Positions 30,432-40,392 of a stretch of DNA of 64,000 nucleotides are shown here, in pieces. The stretch spans positions 1 to 64,000 of the IMG/VR virus record IMGVR_UViG_3300045995_000532, one strand, 5' to 3'. Every line of letters starts with the position of its first letter. Positions within the stretch are counted from its first letter, which is position 1. Source of the DNA: a virus. Under the pieces are notes generated by a model. That model had not been told where the DNA came from, searched no databases, and saw only the letters and a program-made list of their open reading frames with translations. The translations under genes and the position numbers were made by a program.

Positions 30432-30777
30432 GCAGCGTCCTGCCGTACTGGAAGTGCACCACCGCCACCTGCGCCGGGTCCTCCCAGGAAGCCACCCTAT
30501 AGCCGTTCTCCGTGGCCCATGGGATGTCATGCTCAGCCCGACCGTGACATCCTGAGACACCATCTCCGTCTAGCAGAATGAGGTTCACCGCTGCGTTCGC
30601 GGCCGGATCCTTCGTCCCCCCAGCACCCCTTGCGACTCTGTGCTGAAGTGAATACTGACGCCAGGGCTCAAAACTCTCCGGGTCCACCACGGCCATCCCG
30701 CAGGCCACACAACAGCCCCCGTCGCGAGCTATCACAGCATGACGCTGAGTACGGGTCGGGCCGGTGTTTCGTGCCAT
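30406..30777 (-). CDS. HNH endonuclease-like protein
   Basis: RDGGCCVACG, QHRVARGAGG, NLILL, GCH. Confidence 0.8.
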   Translation of the reverse strand: MARNTGPTRTQRHAVIARDGGCCVACGMAVVDPESFEPWRQYSLQHRVARGAGGTKDPAANAAVNLILLDGDGVSGCHGRAEHDIPWATENGYRVASWEDPAQVAVVHFQYGRTLLSESGWLR

Positions 30778-30878
30778 GTACGGGGCATCGACGCCCACCA
30801 GGAGGCGAGTTTTGCGTCACCCTACACAGTGAAGTGGAGCGCAGAACTCGCAGGTAACCAGGCGCTATGCGCTGTTGG

Positions 30879-31565
30879 TCAGGCCACGTCGACGACGTCG
30901 AGCAGCCCTTGGTCGAGTCGCTTGGCGATGGCCTCGCAGTAGCTCTCGTCGATCTCGACGCCGAGCCAGGTGTTGCCCGTGGCGAGGGCAGCTACCGCCG
31001 ACGCGCCCGACCCGGCAAAGGGGTCGACCACGAGGCCGGTGGGGATGCGTCGGAGAATGTGCTCCCAGAGCGCCGGGGGCTTCTCGTAGGGGTGCACCCG
31101 CTTCGACGGCGGGTTGACCGTGATGACGTTCGGGATCGCAGCCCGGTCGACCACGTCCGGCTGGCCGTTGGAGGCGATGAGGATGGGGTCCCATGCGGTG
31201 CGGAACATGCCGCCCGTGCCCACCGTCGTGCGTGTCCACGCCACGCAGGTCGTCAGGCGCAGCCCTGTGAGGGTCACGAGGTAGGAGACGTCGGGGACCC
31301 AGCGCCAGTCGCTCAACAGGGCGGCGATCCCGCCGGGGCGCAGCACGCGGCGGGCGTGCGCGGCACTCTCAGACAGGAGTCGCATCGGTGCGCCCGACGT
31401 CCCCGCTGCTCCGTCGTCGCGTCCACGGATCGCGTTGGGGACCATCGAGTATGGCGGGTCAAGGATGAACGCCGACGCCGACCCGGCGGCGAGCGTCGGC
31501 AGAACGTCGAGAGCGTCACCCAGGTAGAGGGTCACCTTGTCGTTGGAGTAGTACGGCGTCGTCAT
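30879..31565 (-). CDS. Beta-class N6A/N4C DNA methyltransferase
   Basis: DPPY, HPYEKP, DPFAGSG, GVEIDESYC. Confidence 0.9.
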   Translation of the reverse strand: MTTPYYSNDKVTLYLGDALDVLPTLAAGSASAFILDPPYSMVPNAIRGRDDGAAGTSGAPMRLLSESAAHARRVLRPGGIAALLSDWRWVPDVSYLVTLTGLRLTTCVAWTRTTVGTGGMFRTAWDPILIASNGQPDVVDRAAIPNVITVNPPSKRVHPYEKPPALWEHILRRIPTGLVVDPFAGSGASAVAALATGNTWLGVEIDESYCEAIAKRLDQGLLDVVDVA

Positions 31566-31623
31566 GGCTTTCCTTCGCTGGGGATGGTCCGGGTCGCTTC
31601 CGGGGAACGCGGTATAGCGGGCA

Positions 31624-32599
31624 CTAAGCGGTGGCCGCGCGAGCTGTTGGGCAGGGACAGGGGACGGCGCACAGGATGCAAATGTTGGTGACCTTCGAGG
31701 CTGGATGGTGCAGCGCGAGCACCGCGTTGATCCGCTCCTCAGCGGGCGGCCAGGTCTCCGTCGCGTCGTCGTCTTCGCCCCAGCCCGTCCAGTCGTTGAG
31801 ACTCGCGCGGGCAGCGGTCTGCATCGCGGCGGGCAAGCTCCATGCGCGCACCGTGAGCGTGATTGGGCGTTCGCCCATCCAGTCAGCGTCGTGGTGGTGC
31901 GCCTCGCCCACTATCGCGTAACTGCTGCGCGAGCGGACCGAGATGGCGAAAGTGTGGCCGTCATCGGGGTCGCCCGCGGCGTCGGACTGGGTGGTCATTG
32001 TGCTCTCCTTCGTCGTGCGAGCTGGGGAATCGAGATCAGGACTCGGCGGAGGCAGGAGGCCACTCCCGTCCACGGGATAGCGATCACTTGCGGCCTGTTC
32101 AGCGTGATCAACTCATCCTGATGGCAAGAGATGCAGATATCCTCAACCACGCCCGGCTCGATCTGATGCAACTCAGCGCGCGGCGTGTACTTGAAACACA
32201 ACTGGCACATCACGCGGCCGTCGGTGAGGCGAGTGATGTCCACCCTCCCTCCTACTCGCACCCACTCCGCGAGAGGCGGTCCTACGTAGACGCCCGGCTC
32301 GCGATCATGTGGGCACGCGGCGAATAACTCCTCGAACACGCGCTTACGCTCAGCACGACTCTTGCGAGTGCTCATACGAGAGTGACCCACCGGAGTACGA
32401 CTTTCCGCATCTCGTCGTAGGTCCATCCGCCTCTCGCCTCGCGCAGGAAAGCCGCCCGCTCGGCGACTCCTTCGTCGCGCTCCAAGGAGTGTTCGACAAG
32501 GAAGGCGAGGGTTGAGGAACTCCCGCCGGCACGAATCTCCCTCACCTCGATCTTCGGGAACTTCGGCCCCGTCGTCGCCGACTGGTCAAGAGTAGTCAT
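31624..32599 (-). CDS. Small hypothetical genes (31624-31998, 31995-32375, 32372-32599)
   Basis: Coupled junctions; CxxC pairs in the middle gene. Confidence 0.55.
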
Positions 32600-32651
32600 G
32601 AGAAGGTGCTCCTCGTCTCGATCTCCGGTATGCACGCTGGGTCAGACAGGT

Positions 32652-33266
32652 TCATTCAGATGCGCGTCCAGTGCCCGTCTTTGCCTTCTTTGAGTTCTCC
32701 GCCTCAGCAAGCCTCGCCTGGTGTGCACGCTGAAACTGCATCCACGCGTTCGCCAGCGATCGATTATCGCTGGGCGTCCTCGGCAACGTCGTGATCGGCG
32801 CGCCGTCGCGCGTGAGGACCTTCGTGTGCCGCGTCGTGGACGACAGGTGATAGCCGAGAGCCTGGATGCGGCGGTGCATCTCTGTCATCGTCGGCGGGAT
32901 TGACGAACCGTGACCGCCGCCGGCCGAGGCACTCCTCATCGAGCGCCCCTCCCCCGGTGTCTCGAGCCTGACGAACAGGATCATCGGCTCCTTGGGTTCG
33001 CGGTAACCCACGACCACCTCGATGTCGCCCCGGCGCAGCCGCTTGATCGGGTAACCCTCTGTCGCGGAGCGCGGATCCGGCGACGTCGACGTCGGGAACC
33101 GGGCCGCAGCCTCGATGATCGCCCGGTCCATCCCGGTGTCATCGACGAAATCCTCTGCGTCCTGGTGCCACGTCAACGTCTCGACCTGGCCGGGGTCTGC
33201 GCGCTCGACCCTCAGGCGGTCATAGTGCCTGGCCGGCCGCCGTTCAACCTTCCTCCGGGGACTCAC
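32652..33266 (-). CDS. Two-domain protein: DUF4258-like N-part plus HicA-like C-part
   Basis: RIQALGYHL..TTRHTKV....G.PITTLPRTPSDNRSLANA is HicA-like; N-part call tentative. Confidence 0.5.
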   Translation of the reverse strand: MSPRRKVERRPARHYDRLRVERADPGQVETLTWHQDAEDFVDDTGMDRAIIEAAARFPTSTSPDPRSATEGYPIKRLRRGDIEVVVGYREPKEPMILFVRLETPGEGRSMRSASAGGGHGSSIPPTMTEMHRRIQALGYHLSSTTRHTKVLTRDGAPITTLPRTPSDNRSLANAWMQFQRAHQARLAEAENSKKAKTGTGRASE

Positions 33267-33843
33267 TTGGGCAGCTCGTCATAGTGCTGACCGGAAATTG
33301 CACCCTGGGCGCGACGGATGAGCACGCACATCCGATCGGCATGGTTCCGCGCTTGTGTGAGTAGGTCGATCGCAACAGACACCGCCACGGCCGGATCGCT
33401 ACCGTCATCCTCGCCGACGGCGTACATTTCCAAGGATCGCTCAAGTCCCTCGCCGAGCTCACGCAGCGCCTGGTCGAGCCCGAGGTTGCCGAGGTTGCCG
33501 AGGATCGAGTACACGATTGGTGCCGGGTGGGCCGCCGTGATGGCCGCGTGGTTGATCGCGCGGATCGCTTCGTAGGCATCCTTCGAGTGCGCAACGATGT
33601 CGCTCATGAAGTCGCCTCATCCTTCATCTGCGCTGCCACAGCTTCCGTGAGCAAGACCTGGAGGCAACCGCAGTCCTCGCCGGCGTCGTGGTGGAAGCCA
33701 ATGCACCGGTCATCCGCGCACCCGCACTTGTCACCGCCCCAGACACCATCCGCCCAGCCGAGCGCTCGTGCGTAGGCAGCCATTGAGATGCCGGCATGGT
33801 CGAGTTGCTGGCGAGCATCCTGGTTCAGTCGGATAGTGCTCAT
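33263..33843 (-). CDS. Two small hypothetical genes (33263-33607, 33604-33843)
   Basis: Coupled; second has GDKCGCADDRCIGFHH..CGC Cys/His cluster. Confidence 0.65.
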
Positions 33844-34364
33844 GCGTCTCCGCTCCCCTGCTTGATCCCCTGCTTGACGGCCACGCGCAACGCCGCGATT
33901 ACGCCGGCCGTGCGCGTCACCCTCGACGCCTCTCCCCCAACCTTCACGATCATCTCGTCGAGCACGGCCAGCTCCGGCGCACGGAACCGAAGCGTCAACG
34001 GAGCGACGTTCCCGGCCACTGCCTTCCGGCCTCGTGGTGCCCGCGCGCCGATCTGCAACGCGTGCGTCAGCTCAGCCACGGCCTCGTCCTGGTAGTCCTC
34101 GCATGTCCACGCCACTACCTGGGCATAGGACGGCTGAGCCTCGACGCCGAAGATCATCCTCCGCAGCTCGTCGTACAGCGGCTGCGGGATCCGGACCGCG
34201 ACGATCGTCAGCCCATCGACGGCCACCACGGGCCGCCCGCCACGGCCCCGCGACGGACGCTGCGGCGGCGCCTTCTTCTTGAACACCAGGTTGGTCGGCG
34301 GCGGGAGGAGGTCGTCAGTCTCGTCCTCCAGTCGCGACGGAACGAACGCTGGGCGACGATTCAC
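33840..34364 (-). CDS. ParA partner, probable centromere-binding protein with two RHH-like repeats
   Basis: Coupled to parA; VAVRIPQPLYDELRR and LTLRFRAPELAVLDE patterns; flexible basic N-terminus. Confidence 0.6.
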   Translation of the reverse strand: MNRRPAFVPSRLEDETDDLLPPPTNLVFKKKAPPQRPSRGRGGRPVVAVDGLTIVAVRIPQPLYDELRRMIFGVEAQPSYAQVVAWTCEDYQDEAVAELTHALQIGARAPRGRKAVAGNVAPLTLRFRAPELAVLDEMIVKVGGEASRVTRTAGVIAALRVAVKQGIKQGSGDA

Positions 34365-35296
34365 AGCGACACCTTCTCTCCACGTCCCTCGTAGACGGCC
34401 AACCGTGCCAGAACCTCTCTCGTCAAGTCCTGGTAGTCGTTCGCGAGACCAGACGGGTCCCGGGTCCAGAGCTGCTGCTCCTGCTTCTCCCCTGCCGCCA
34501 GGCGCTTGAGCCGGCCCTTCTTCTGCAAGTCCGATTCAACCACCAGCTCGTTGGGCATCATGTGCTGCTGGCGCAGATCGATCGACGAAGCCTTGTCGGT
34601 CCGCACGATGCTGCGGAACGCCGTCACTCCGGATCCTTCGAGCAGAATGGAGAGGTTCTCCAGAGCCTTCCCGTTTCGGCGCGTCGCCCGCGGGTTCACG
34701 TTGAACAGGACGATCCCCAGCAGATCGATGCGTGCGCCACGCTTCCGTGCACGCAGCCAGCGGCCCGCCAGCAACTCGACGCCGTCGAACGATGCCTCGT
34801 CGTCGCAGCACGGCACGATCAGGTATCGCGACACCTCCAGGAGCACGTCGAGCAGCGGCGCATCCCCCGGGCCGGAGTCGATCAGCACCAGGGCGTAACC
34901 CTCGCGGTCGCACAAGTCGCCAAGGGTCGTAGCGAAGTTCTCGGCGATGTTGATGCCTGTCTGGCCGGCGGTCGCGACCATGGATGCCATCGCGGCCAGT
35001 AGCGGGCCGCCGGGTACGACGTCGAGACCAGGACGCACATCACGAACTGGATCGAGCGCCTCGCCATACTGCAGGGCCATTGCGAGCGACTTGCCCTTGT
35101 CCCCCGGTACGCCGAGGTCGTTGCGCGACACGTTCCCCTGCTGGTCCGCGTCGATCACCAGGACTCGACGCCCGGGTCTGCAGGTCATGCCCGCCAGGGC
35201 GGCCACGATCGAGCTCTTGCCCACGCCGCCCTTCTGGTTCGCGAGAAGGATGACACGCGCAAGCGAGCCCTCCGCCTGCTTCGCTGTACGGCTCAT
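34361..35296 (-). CDS. parA: ParA-family partition ATPase
   Basis: NQKGGVGKSS, VLVIDADQQGN, VLIDSGP. Confidence 0.93.
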   Translation of the reverse strand: MSRTAKQAEGSLARVILLANQKGGVGKSSIVAALAGMTCRPGRRVLVIDADQQGNVSRNDLGVPGDKGKSLAMALQYGEALDPVRDVRPGLDVVPGGPLLAAMASMVATAGQTGINIAENFATTLGDLCDREGYALVLIDSGPGDAPLLDVLLEVSRYLIVPCCDDEASFDGVELLAGRWLRARKRGARIDLLGIVLFNVNPRATRRNGKALENLSILLEGSGVTAFRSIVRTDKASSIDLRQQHMMPNELVVESDLQKKGRLKRLAAGEKQEQQLWTRDPSGLANDYQDLTREVLARLAVYEGRGEKVSL

Positions 35297-35609
35297 CGAT
35301 TGACCCACCATCTCTCGTAACGATCTGCGCGGCTGGCCTCTCACTCTATTGCGTCGAACGTTGGTCGATGTAGCGACACGCCGTAGCAGCGCTGCCCGCT
35401 CCGCCATCGCGTACGCCATACATCCGCCCCGCTTCCGCGTACTACACCCACCAAGACTGCCCGGTTGCGGCACGCCATAGACGGGGCAACTCTCGCGCTG
35501 TCTATCGCTCTTCCCGCCTGACTGCGGCGCGCACCCTGTGCCGTCCTGTTCTCTATCGTGTTGTGGTCGATAGTGTGGTCTATATAGCGGTTAGTACACC
35601 GGGAATCCA

Positions 35610-37469
35610 TCACGCCGCAGCCAGTGCCCAGGCCATCCCGGCGGGGGAGGCGTCGTCAGGCGGCCACCAGTAGTCCTCGTCAGGCGGGGAGGACTCCGGC
35701 TCGTGCCGGGCCAACCACGTGCGCCACGCCCGGCGGTCAGCTGCGTACGCACGCAACTGGATGTCGATCTCGTCGAGCACGCCCAGCAGCTCTGCGGCCG
35801 CGGCGAGCCGGCCGGGCCGGGCCACCAGCCCGGCGGAGGACCGGTCGACGAGGCCGTAGGCGGCCATCGTGTCGATCGCGGCCGCCACGGCGGTCCGCGA
35901 GATGCCCGTGGCCGGCACGAGCGTGGTGATCGTCTTCGCCCGGCCCGCCTCGAGCGCCTCGAACACCAGCGCCGCCACGTGTCCCATTACTCGGAACACC
36001 GGCCGCAGCGCGTAGGCCTTGCCCCGGTCCCACCGCAGATCAGGCAGCATCTCCTGCGCGCTGGGCGGGATCCTCAGCTCGTACAGGTCCGCGCGCTCAC
36101 CCCGGCCCGGCTCGACCAGATCCACCCAGCCATCAGGATCAGCGGCCAGCTTGCGCAGTTCACGCAGCACGGCCGCCACCGTGGAGTAGTGGGCGCCGAC
36201 GGCGACCGCGATGTTCCTGACACCGAACTCCACCCGGCGAGAACCCGTCTTGCTGGCAGCCTCACCGAGCGCCCTCAGCACGAACCGGGGGAGGTGGCCT
36301 CGTCTCCCGGAGAAGCGATGCTGCTCGACAGTACGGAGTGCGGTTCGCCAGGTTCGGATGTACTCATGCTCAGCCTGCGTCCCACCCCACCGGTGTGACT
36401 TAGATTCGCTTGTGTGGGATTTGCGATCATGGGTATCCCCGCTGCTCAGGGCGGCTTTCTCTCGATGTGAGGCGATGAACGCCTGTGCTCGACGCCAGTC
36501 GCGCTCCAGGGAGGCGCTCCGCTGGTGGGTGCCGTATCGGGCGTACATGCCCGCCAGACCCGGCCAGCGCCCGTCGGCCAGGCGTACGCCGACATCGGAC
36601 AGGGACCACCCAGCCCGCGCAGCGCCAGCAATGACGGCTTGGCGAGCTTCGGAGGCCGACGGGTAGCGGGCGTGGTCGTAGACACCGGACTCCGCGATCA
36701 CCCGCACCCGGGAACCGAGCTGGCGTCTAAGGCCGGACGGGGTCTCCGGCTCAAGGTCGACCGGTACTAGCCGTTCGCGCCATGCCGCGATCTCTGTAGA
36801 CAGGCCCTCGCGGATCTTGTCGAGCACGGCCATGCCGTTCCGCCTGTGCACCATGTCGTAAGCCAGGGCCGAGGACATGGTCAGCTCCTGGAACCCACCC
36901 GACTTGTGCTTCGCCCCAGGAGGCCTGATGCAACCCGTCTTCAATGACCGGTGCGGCCCGGCGTCGAGTGTCGGGTAGATGGCGGCGAGAGCTTCAACGA
37001 TCTCTCGCGCCTGCTCGTAGGGCATCCGGTCGGCGAGAGGCAGGTAGATATGCCGACCGCCGGTGGGGGAGATGTCTGTGATGACTCGTGCACCCATGCT
37101 GGTCAGCCACGTGACCAGGCGCTTCTCGTCGGCGTCCACTGCGTCCCGGCCGGCACGATCTGCATCAACGGGTACACCGCCCGAGTACGTCATGCGGCGG
37201 TTGCTGCCGACGTCCAGGTCGAAGAACAGGGTCCGGCAGCAGCCGTCGTTGCCGTACGTCCTGATGGCCGCAGGCTGGGAGGGGAGCCGGTCCGTCAAGG
37301 GCCGTTCATCTCTGGACCGGTACTCAATTTCGCCCCGTGAGCACTTGACGCCGATCCGCACACGTGGTTGGCCAGCGAGGTGCGGAGCGAACGCTGGCCA
37401 GGCCTCCCGAGGCGTCAGGGCGTCGAGATGTCCAGAATCACCCGGCGTGTCGTAGGCAGGGTGTTGCAT
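35610..37469 (-). CDS. Putative plasmid replication initiator (primase-polymerase-like N-domain, HTH C-domains)
   Basis: FFDLD, SPTGGRHIY, GCIRPPG motifs; C-terminal HTH-like segments; adjacent to parA. Confidence 0.7.
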   Translation of the reverse strand: MQHPAYDTPGDSGHLDALTPREAWPAFAPHLAGQPRVRIGVKCSRGEIEYRSRDERPLTDRLPSQPAAIRTYGNDGCCRTLFFDLDVGSNRRMTYSGGVPVDADRAGRDAVDADEKRLVTWLTSMGARVITDISPTGGRHIYLPLADRMPYEQAREIVEALAAIYPTLDAGPHRSLKTGCIRPPGAKHKSGGFQELTMSSALAYDMVHRRNGMAVLDKIREGLSTEIAAWRERLVPVDLEPETPSGLRRQLGSRVRVIAESGVYDHARYPSASEARQAVIAGAARAGWSLSDVGVRLADGRWPGLAGMYARYGTHQRSASLERDWRRAQAFIASHREKAALSSGDTHDRKSHTSESKSHRWGGTQAEHEYIRTWRTALRTVEQHRFSGRRGHLPRFVLRALGEAASKTGSRRVEFGVRNIAVAVGAHYSTVAAVLRELRKLAADPDGWVDLVEPGRGERADLYELRIPPSAQEMLPDLRWDRGKAYALRPVFRVMGHVAALVFEALEAGRAKTITTLVPATGISRTAVAAAIDTMAAYGLVDRSSAGLVARPGRLAAAAELLGVLDEIDIQLRAYAADRRAWRTWLARHEPESSPPDEDYWWPPDDASPAGMAWALAAA

Positions 37470-37599
37470 CTGAAGCTCGGTGACGGTTATGTTGAGTCCG
37501 ATCGATAAGGGAGCACACCGAAGGGTGTGTCTGATCGAGGCTCTTCACTCAGTCCGCGCCGGCAAGCTCAGGAGAGGGAAGAACCTCAAACACTTGGAT

Positions 37600-37630
37600 G
37601 AAGGCCCGTCTCGCGAGAGGCGGGCCTTCG
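37600..37630. terminator. Hairpin in rep leader
   Basis: GAAGGCCCGTCTC-GC-GAGAGGCGGGCCTTC. Confidence 0.6.
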
Positions 37631-37635
37631 TATGT

Positions 37636-37854
37636 CTAGGCGGAGGCCTCCTCGCGGGCGCGGACCGGAGCGCGAACGTCCGCCACCTCTGCGGACACCC
37701 CCTCGTGCTCGGCCAGGATGGACGCGACGTAGTCACTGAGGTACTGGTAGCCCTCACGTACGGCGCTAGCCCGGACGGCGGCCCCAAGGGGCACCGATGT
37801 ACGGATCAGCAGCGCGTCCCGCTGCCCCTTGTACGGCCGTCCCAGCTTCGCCAT
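37636..37854 (-). CDS. Small RHH/CopG-like regulator upstream of rep
   Basis: GRPYKGQR..LLIR...LG..VR..A...G...LSDYVASIL. Confidence 0.6.
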   Translation of the reverse strand: MAKLGRPYKGQRDALLIRTSVPLGAAVRASAVREGYQYLSDYVASILAEHEGVSAEVADVRAPVRAREEASA

Positions 37855-37936
37855 GGGTCCACCTAAGCCCACCTCGATACCGAAAAGCGCAAAAGTCGCG
37901 GCGTGTCGCGGACGAGTTCACCCGGTACAGACGACT

Positions 37937-37968
37937 GCGACGCTCTGACGGGTCGGCCAGAGCGTCGC
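37937..37968 (-). promoter_or_regulatory. Inverted-arm site copy 3
   Basis: Minus strand GCGACGCTCTGGC-CGACCC-GTCAGAGCGTCGC, intergenic. Confidence 0.7.
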
Positions 37969-37993
37969 AGCGGGCCAGGCGTCCCGTCTGAGG

Positions 37994-38257
37994 TCACGGA
38001 CGATAGACATCCACCCGGTGCCCGATGCGGAGGATCGCCACCGTCTGGGTTGCCTCGTCGATCTCGTAGACGATCCGGTATGGCCCCCGACGTGCACCGA
38101 AGGAGCCGAGCAGCTCACCTCTGAGCGGCTTACCCACTCGCCGCGGCTCCAAGGCCAGCGGGCCGTAGATGAACTCGATGACCGCCGGGATGACCCGAGG
38201 CGGCACGGAGCGCAGGCTGCGGCTGGCAGTAGCGGTGACCACCACCTGATAGGTCAC
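37994..38257 (-). CDS. relE: RelE/ParE-family toxin
   Basis: YQVVVT..A.RSL, GKPLRGEL, RRGPYRIVYEID, IGHRVDVYR. Confidence 0.92.
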   Translation of the reverse strand: MTYQVVVTATASRSLRSVPPRVIPAVIEFIYGPLALEPRRVGKPLRGELLGSFGARRGPYRIVYEIDEATQTVAILRIGHRVDVYRP

Positions 38258-38532
38258 TGCTTCGGCACGCCGAACTCGGTGCGGATCTGCTCTTCCGTGA
38301 ACACGTGCCCGGCAGCGACGTCGGCCCTGGCTTCAGCAAGATCCTCGTAGATGTGGGGCACTGACTGCCAGTGGAGGGTCTCCTGGATCGACTCCCACTC
38401 GTCGGCGCCAATCAGGACGGCCGCAGGCACGCCGTTCTTCGTGATCGTGATCTCCTCATGCGTGGTCATGGCGGAGTCGACCAGCTCGTTGAGCCTGTCC
38501 TTGACCTTCGATATCGGCAGCATCGTCGTCAT
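38254..38532 (-). CDS. Phd/YefM-family antitoxin
   Basis: ISKVKDRLNELVD, ITITKNGVPAAVLI, SIQETL. Confidence 0.92.
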   Translation of the reverse strand: MTTMLPISKVKDRLNELVDSAMTTHEEITITKNGVPAAVLIGADEWESIQETLHWQSVPHIYEDLAEARADVAAGHVFTEEQIRTEFGVPKQ

Positions 38533-38598
38533 CGAACGAGCATAGGCCTGAATTACGGCCTTGCAAAAGGTACTGGACTGATCGACCCCGCCTGGCTG

Positions 38599-39060
38599 CT
38601 ACCTCGTGTCCCCGGACCCCTTGAGGACGTTCCGGTTCCTCCGATCCCAGAGCTTCGCGAGGTTGGCCTCCGCGATGTTAGCCAAGGGGTAGTCGATCTC
38701 AGCGGCCACCCGCGCCACGTACCAGAGGAGGTCACCGAGCTCCGCGGCGATCTCCTGCCGCTTCGCCGGGGTGATCGCACCCCCGTCATCCCGGAGGATC
38801 TTCTTGACCTTGCCCTGCACCTCGCCGGCCTCACCCAACCCCAAGGTCGCGTAGGTGAGCGCGTTGAGCGAGCCCGTGCCGGCCTCCGGGTAGATGGCCG
38901 TACAGTCCGTAGCGTTCTGGTAGTGGTTGAAGCCAACCGTCATGATTCCCCCCTGCTGTGCCTCGTGAAGGTCGGCGGGCTCGTCGATCTTCATCAAGCA
39001 GTCCTGGCAGACCCAGTACTGCCCGTCTTCGTTGCCGCACTCGCAGCAGGTGTCGCTCAC
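38599..39060 (-). CDS. MazG-like nucleotide pyrophosphohydrolase (core from 38943; in-frame CxxC N-extension)
   Basis: LGLGEAGEV..KVKK..RD, ELGDLLWY, NLAKL..R..R.V..GSGD.R. Confidence 0.88.
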   Translation of the reverse strand: MSDTCCECGNEDGQYWVCQDCLMKIDEPADLHEAQQGGIMTVGFNHYQNATDCTAIYPEAGTGSLNALTYATLGLGEAGEVQGKVKKILRDDGGAITPAKRQEIAAELGDLLWYVARVAAEIDYPLANIAEANLAKLWDRRNRNVLKGSGDTR

Positions 39061-39498
39061 AGCGCCACCACCGGCGGGCGGATCGCACGCTTCACGCTGT
39101 ACGCGGCGAGCACCTGCGCCATGCTCGTCTCAAGCAGGGCATCGATGTCCACCATCGGATCTTGACCGACCACGGTCCAGTGCGTTTCCTGCACCACGGT
39201 GACGTCCCCCAGGGGGCTCTCCACTGAGATTCGCACGTTGGTGGCCATCACTCCTCCGCCGTCTCGTCGGCCGCGGGCTGCCTCAGGTAGTTGTGCGCCA
39301 ACTCCCAGGCGAAGTCGCGTAGCTGGATGACCAGTTCTTGCGCGGCGGTGCCGAACTCTTCGTGCGCGAACGCCACGTAGAAGGTGTGTCCTCGGTCGAG
39401 GAACATGCGCTCGTCGGAGGCGTACCTGGCCGTCAGCTCCACGCCCTCCTCATGGACGGTCATCCCGACCACGTGTGTGCCGTCCAGTTCCTCATCCA

Positions 39499-39852
39499 TC
39501 AGGCCACCCCTTCAAAGGCCTTGTGGTGCACAGTCCGGGAGACGGTCACCTGAAGTTGCGCCATCGCTGCAGGGTCACGCCGCAGCCGGCGCAGCGCGCC
39601 TGGCATGAGACCGCCCCAGACACCTTCCGCGCGCACGTTCAGTGCCCCTTCCAGCCGGCACTCGAGCAACACCGGGCACTGGCCCGACTCGGACGTGCCC
39701 TGGCAGCCGCGGGCCGCCAGGGCCTGCTGGGCGCTGTGCGGGCTGGTCCACATGTCCGGGTCGACCTTCGCGCACACCACGCCGCCGCGGGGGATGAAGA
39801 CCCACTCCCAGACGGGATCCACCGCCCGCCGGCCTATTCCGCCGTAGACCAT
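39499..39852 (-). CDS. whiB: WhiB-family transcription factor
   Basis: CAKVDPDMW, C...CPVLLEC, GVWGG. Confidence 0.8.
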   Translation of the reverse strand: MVYGGIGRRAVDPVWEWVFIPRGGVVCAKVDPDMWTSPHSAQQALAARGCQGTSESGQCPVLLECRLEGALNVRAEGVWGGLMPGALRRLRRDPAAMAQLQVTVSRTVHHKAFEGVA

Positions 39853-40388
39853 TCGACAGCCTCCATAGCTTTGAGATTTAGCTCGGGCAAGTGGTGCTCA
39901 AGTGGGGAGCCGTAGTGGCGAGCACCCATGGCGGCGATGATCAACGAGTCGGCGATGTCGTTACCGGTGACCTCCACCAGGTCTCGGTACCGGTTGATAA
40001 CCGCGGCCAGCACGATGTCCTTGTCGGCCTGACCCTTCCCGGTCGCGTACTTCATCCTTTGGCTCGGAGTGATCACGTAGTAGGGGAGCTCCAGTTGGTA
40101 CAGGCGCTGGGTGATGGCCCACCAGAGGCCAGCCACCTGATGCACCGAGGCGCCCTTGGAGCCGTACGAGGGGCCCTCGATGCCAACCCGGAGATGGTTA
40201 TACGGGCACCGCGCCGCCATGTCGGTGATGGCCGTCAGGATCTCGTCGATGCGGTCGTGCTCCTGGATACGGGTGCGCGCCTTGATTGCCCTCGGCTTGA
40301 CCCGTCGAGTGTGCAGCACCACTCCCTCGGCCACCATCGATAGCCCTGTGGACGTTAAAGAAGGATCTATTCCTAATACGGCGATCAT
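39834..40388 (-). CDS. ruvC: RuvC-like Holliday junction resolvase
   Basis: LGIDPSLTSTG, IEG, KYATGKGQADK, NDIADS. Confidence 0.9.
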   Translation of the reverse strand: MIAVLGIDPSLTSTGLSMVAEGVVLHTRRVKPRAIKARTRIQEHDRIDEILTAITDMAARCPYNHLRVGIEGPSYGSKGASVHQVAGLWWAITQRLYQLELPYYVITPSQRMKYATGKGQADKDIVLAAVINRYRDLVEVTGNDIADSLIIAAMGARHYGSPLEHHLPELNLKAMEAVEWSTAE

Positions 40389-40392
40389 GGCT

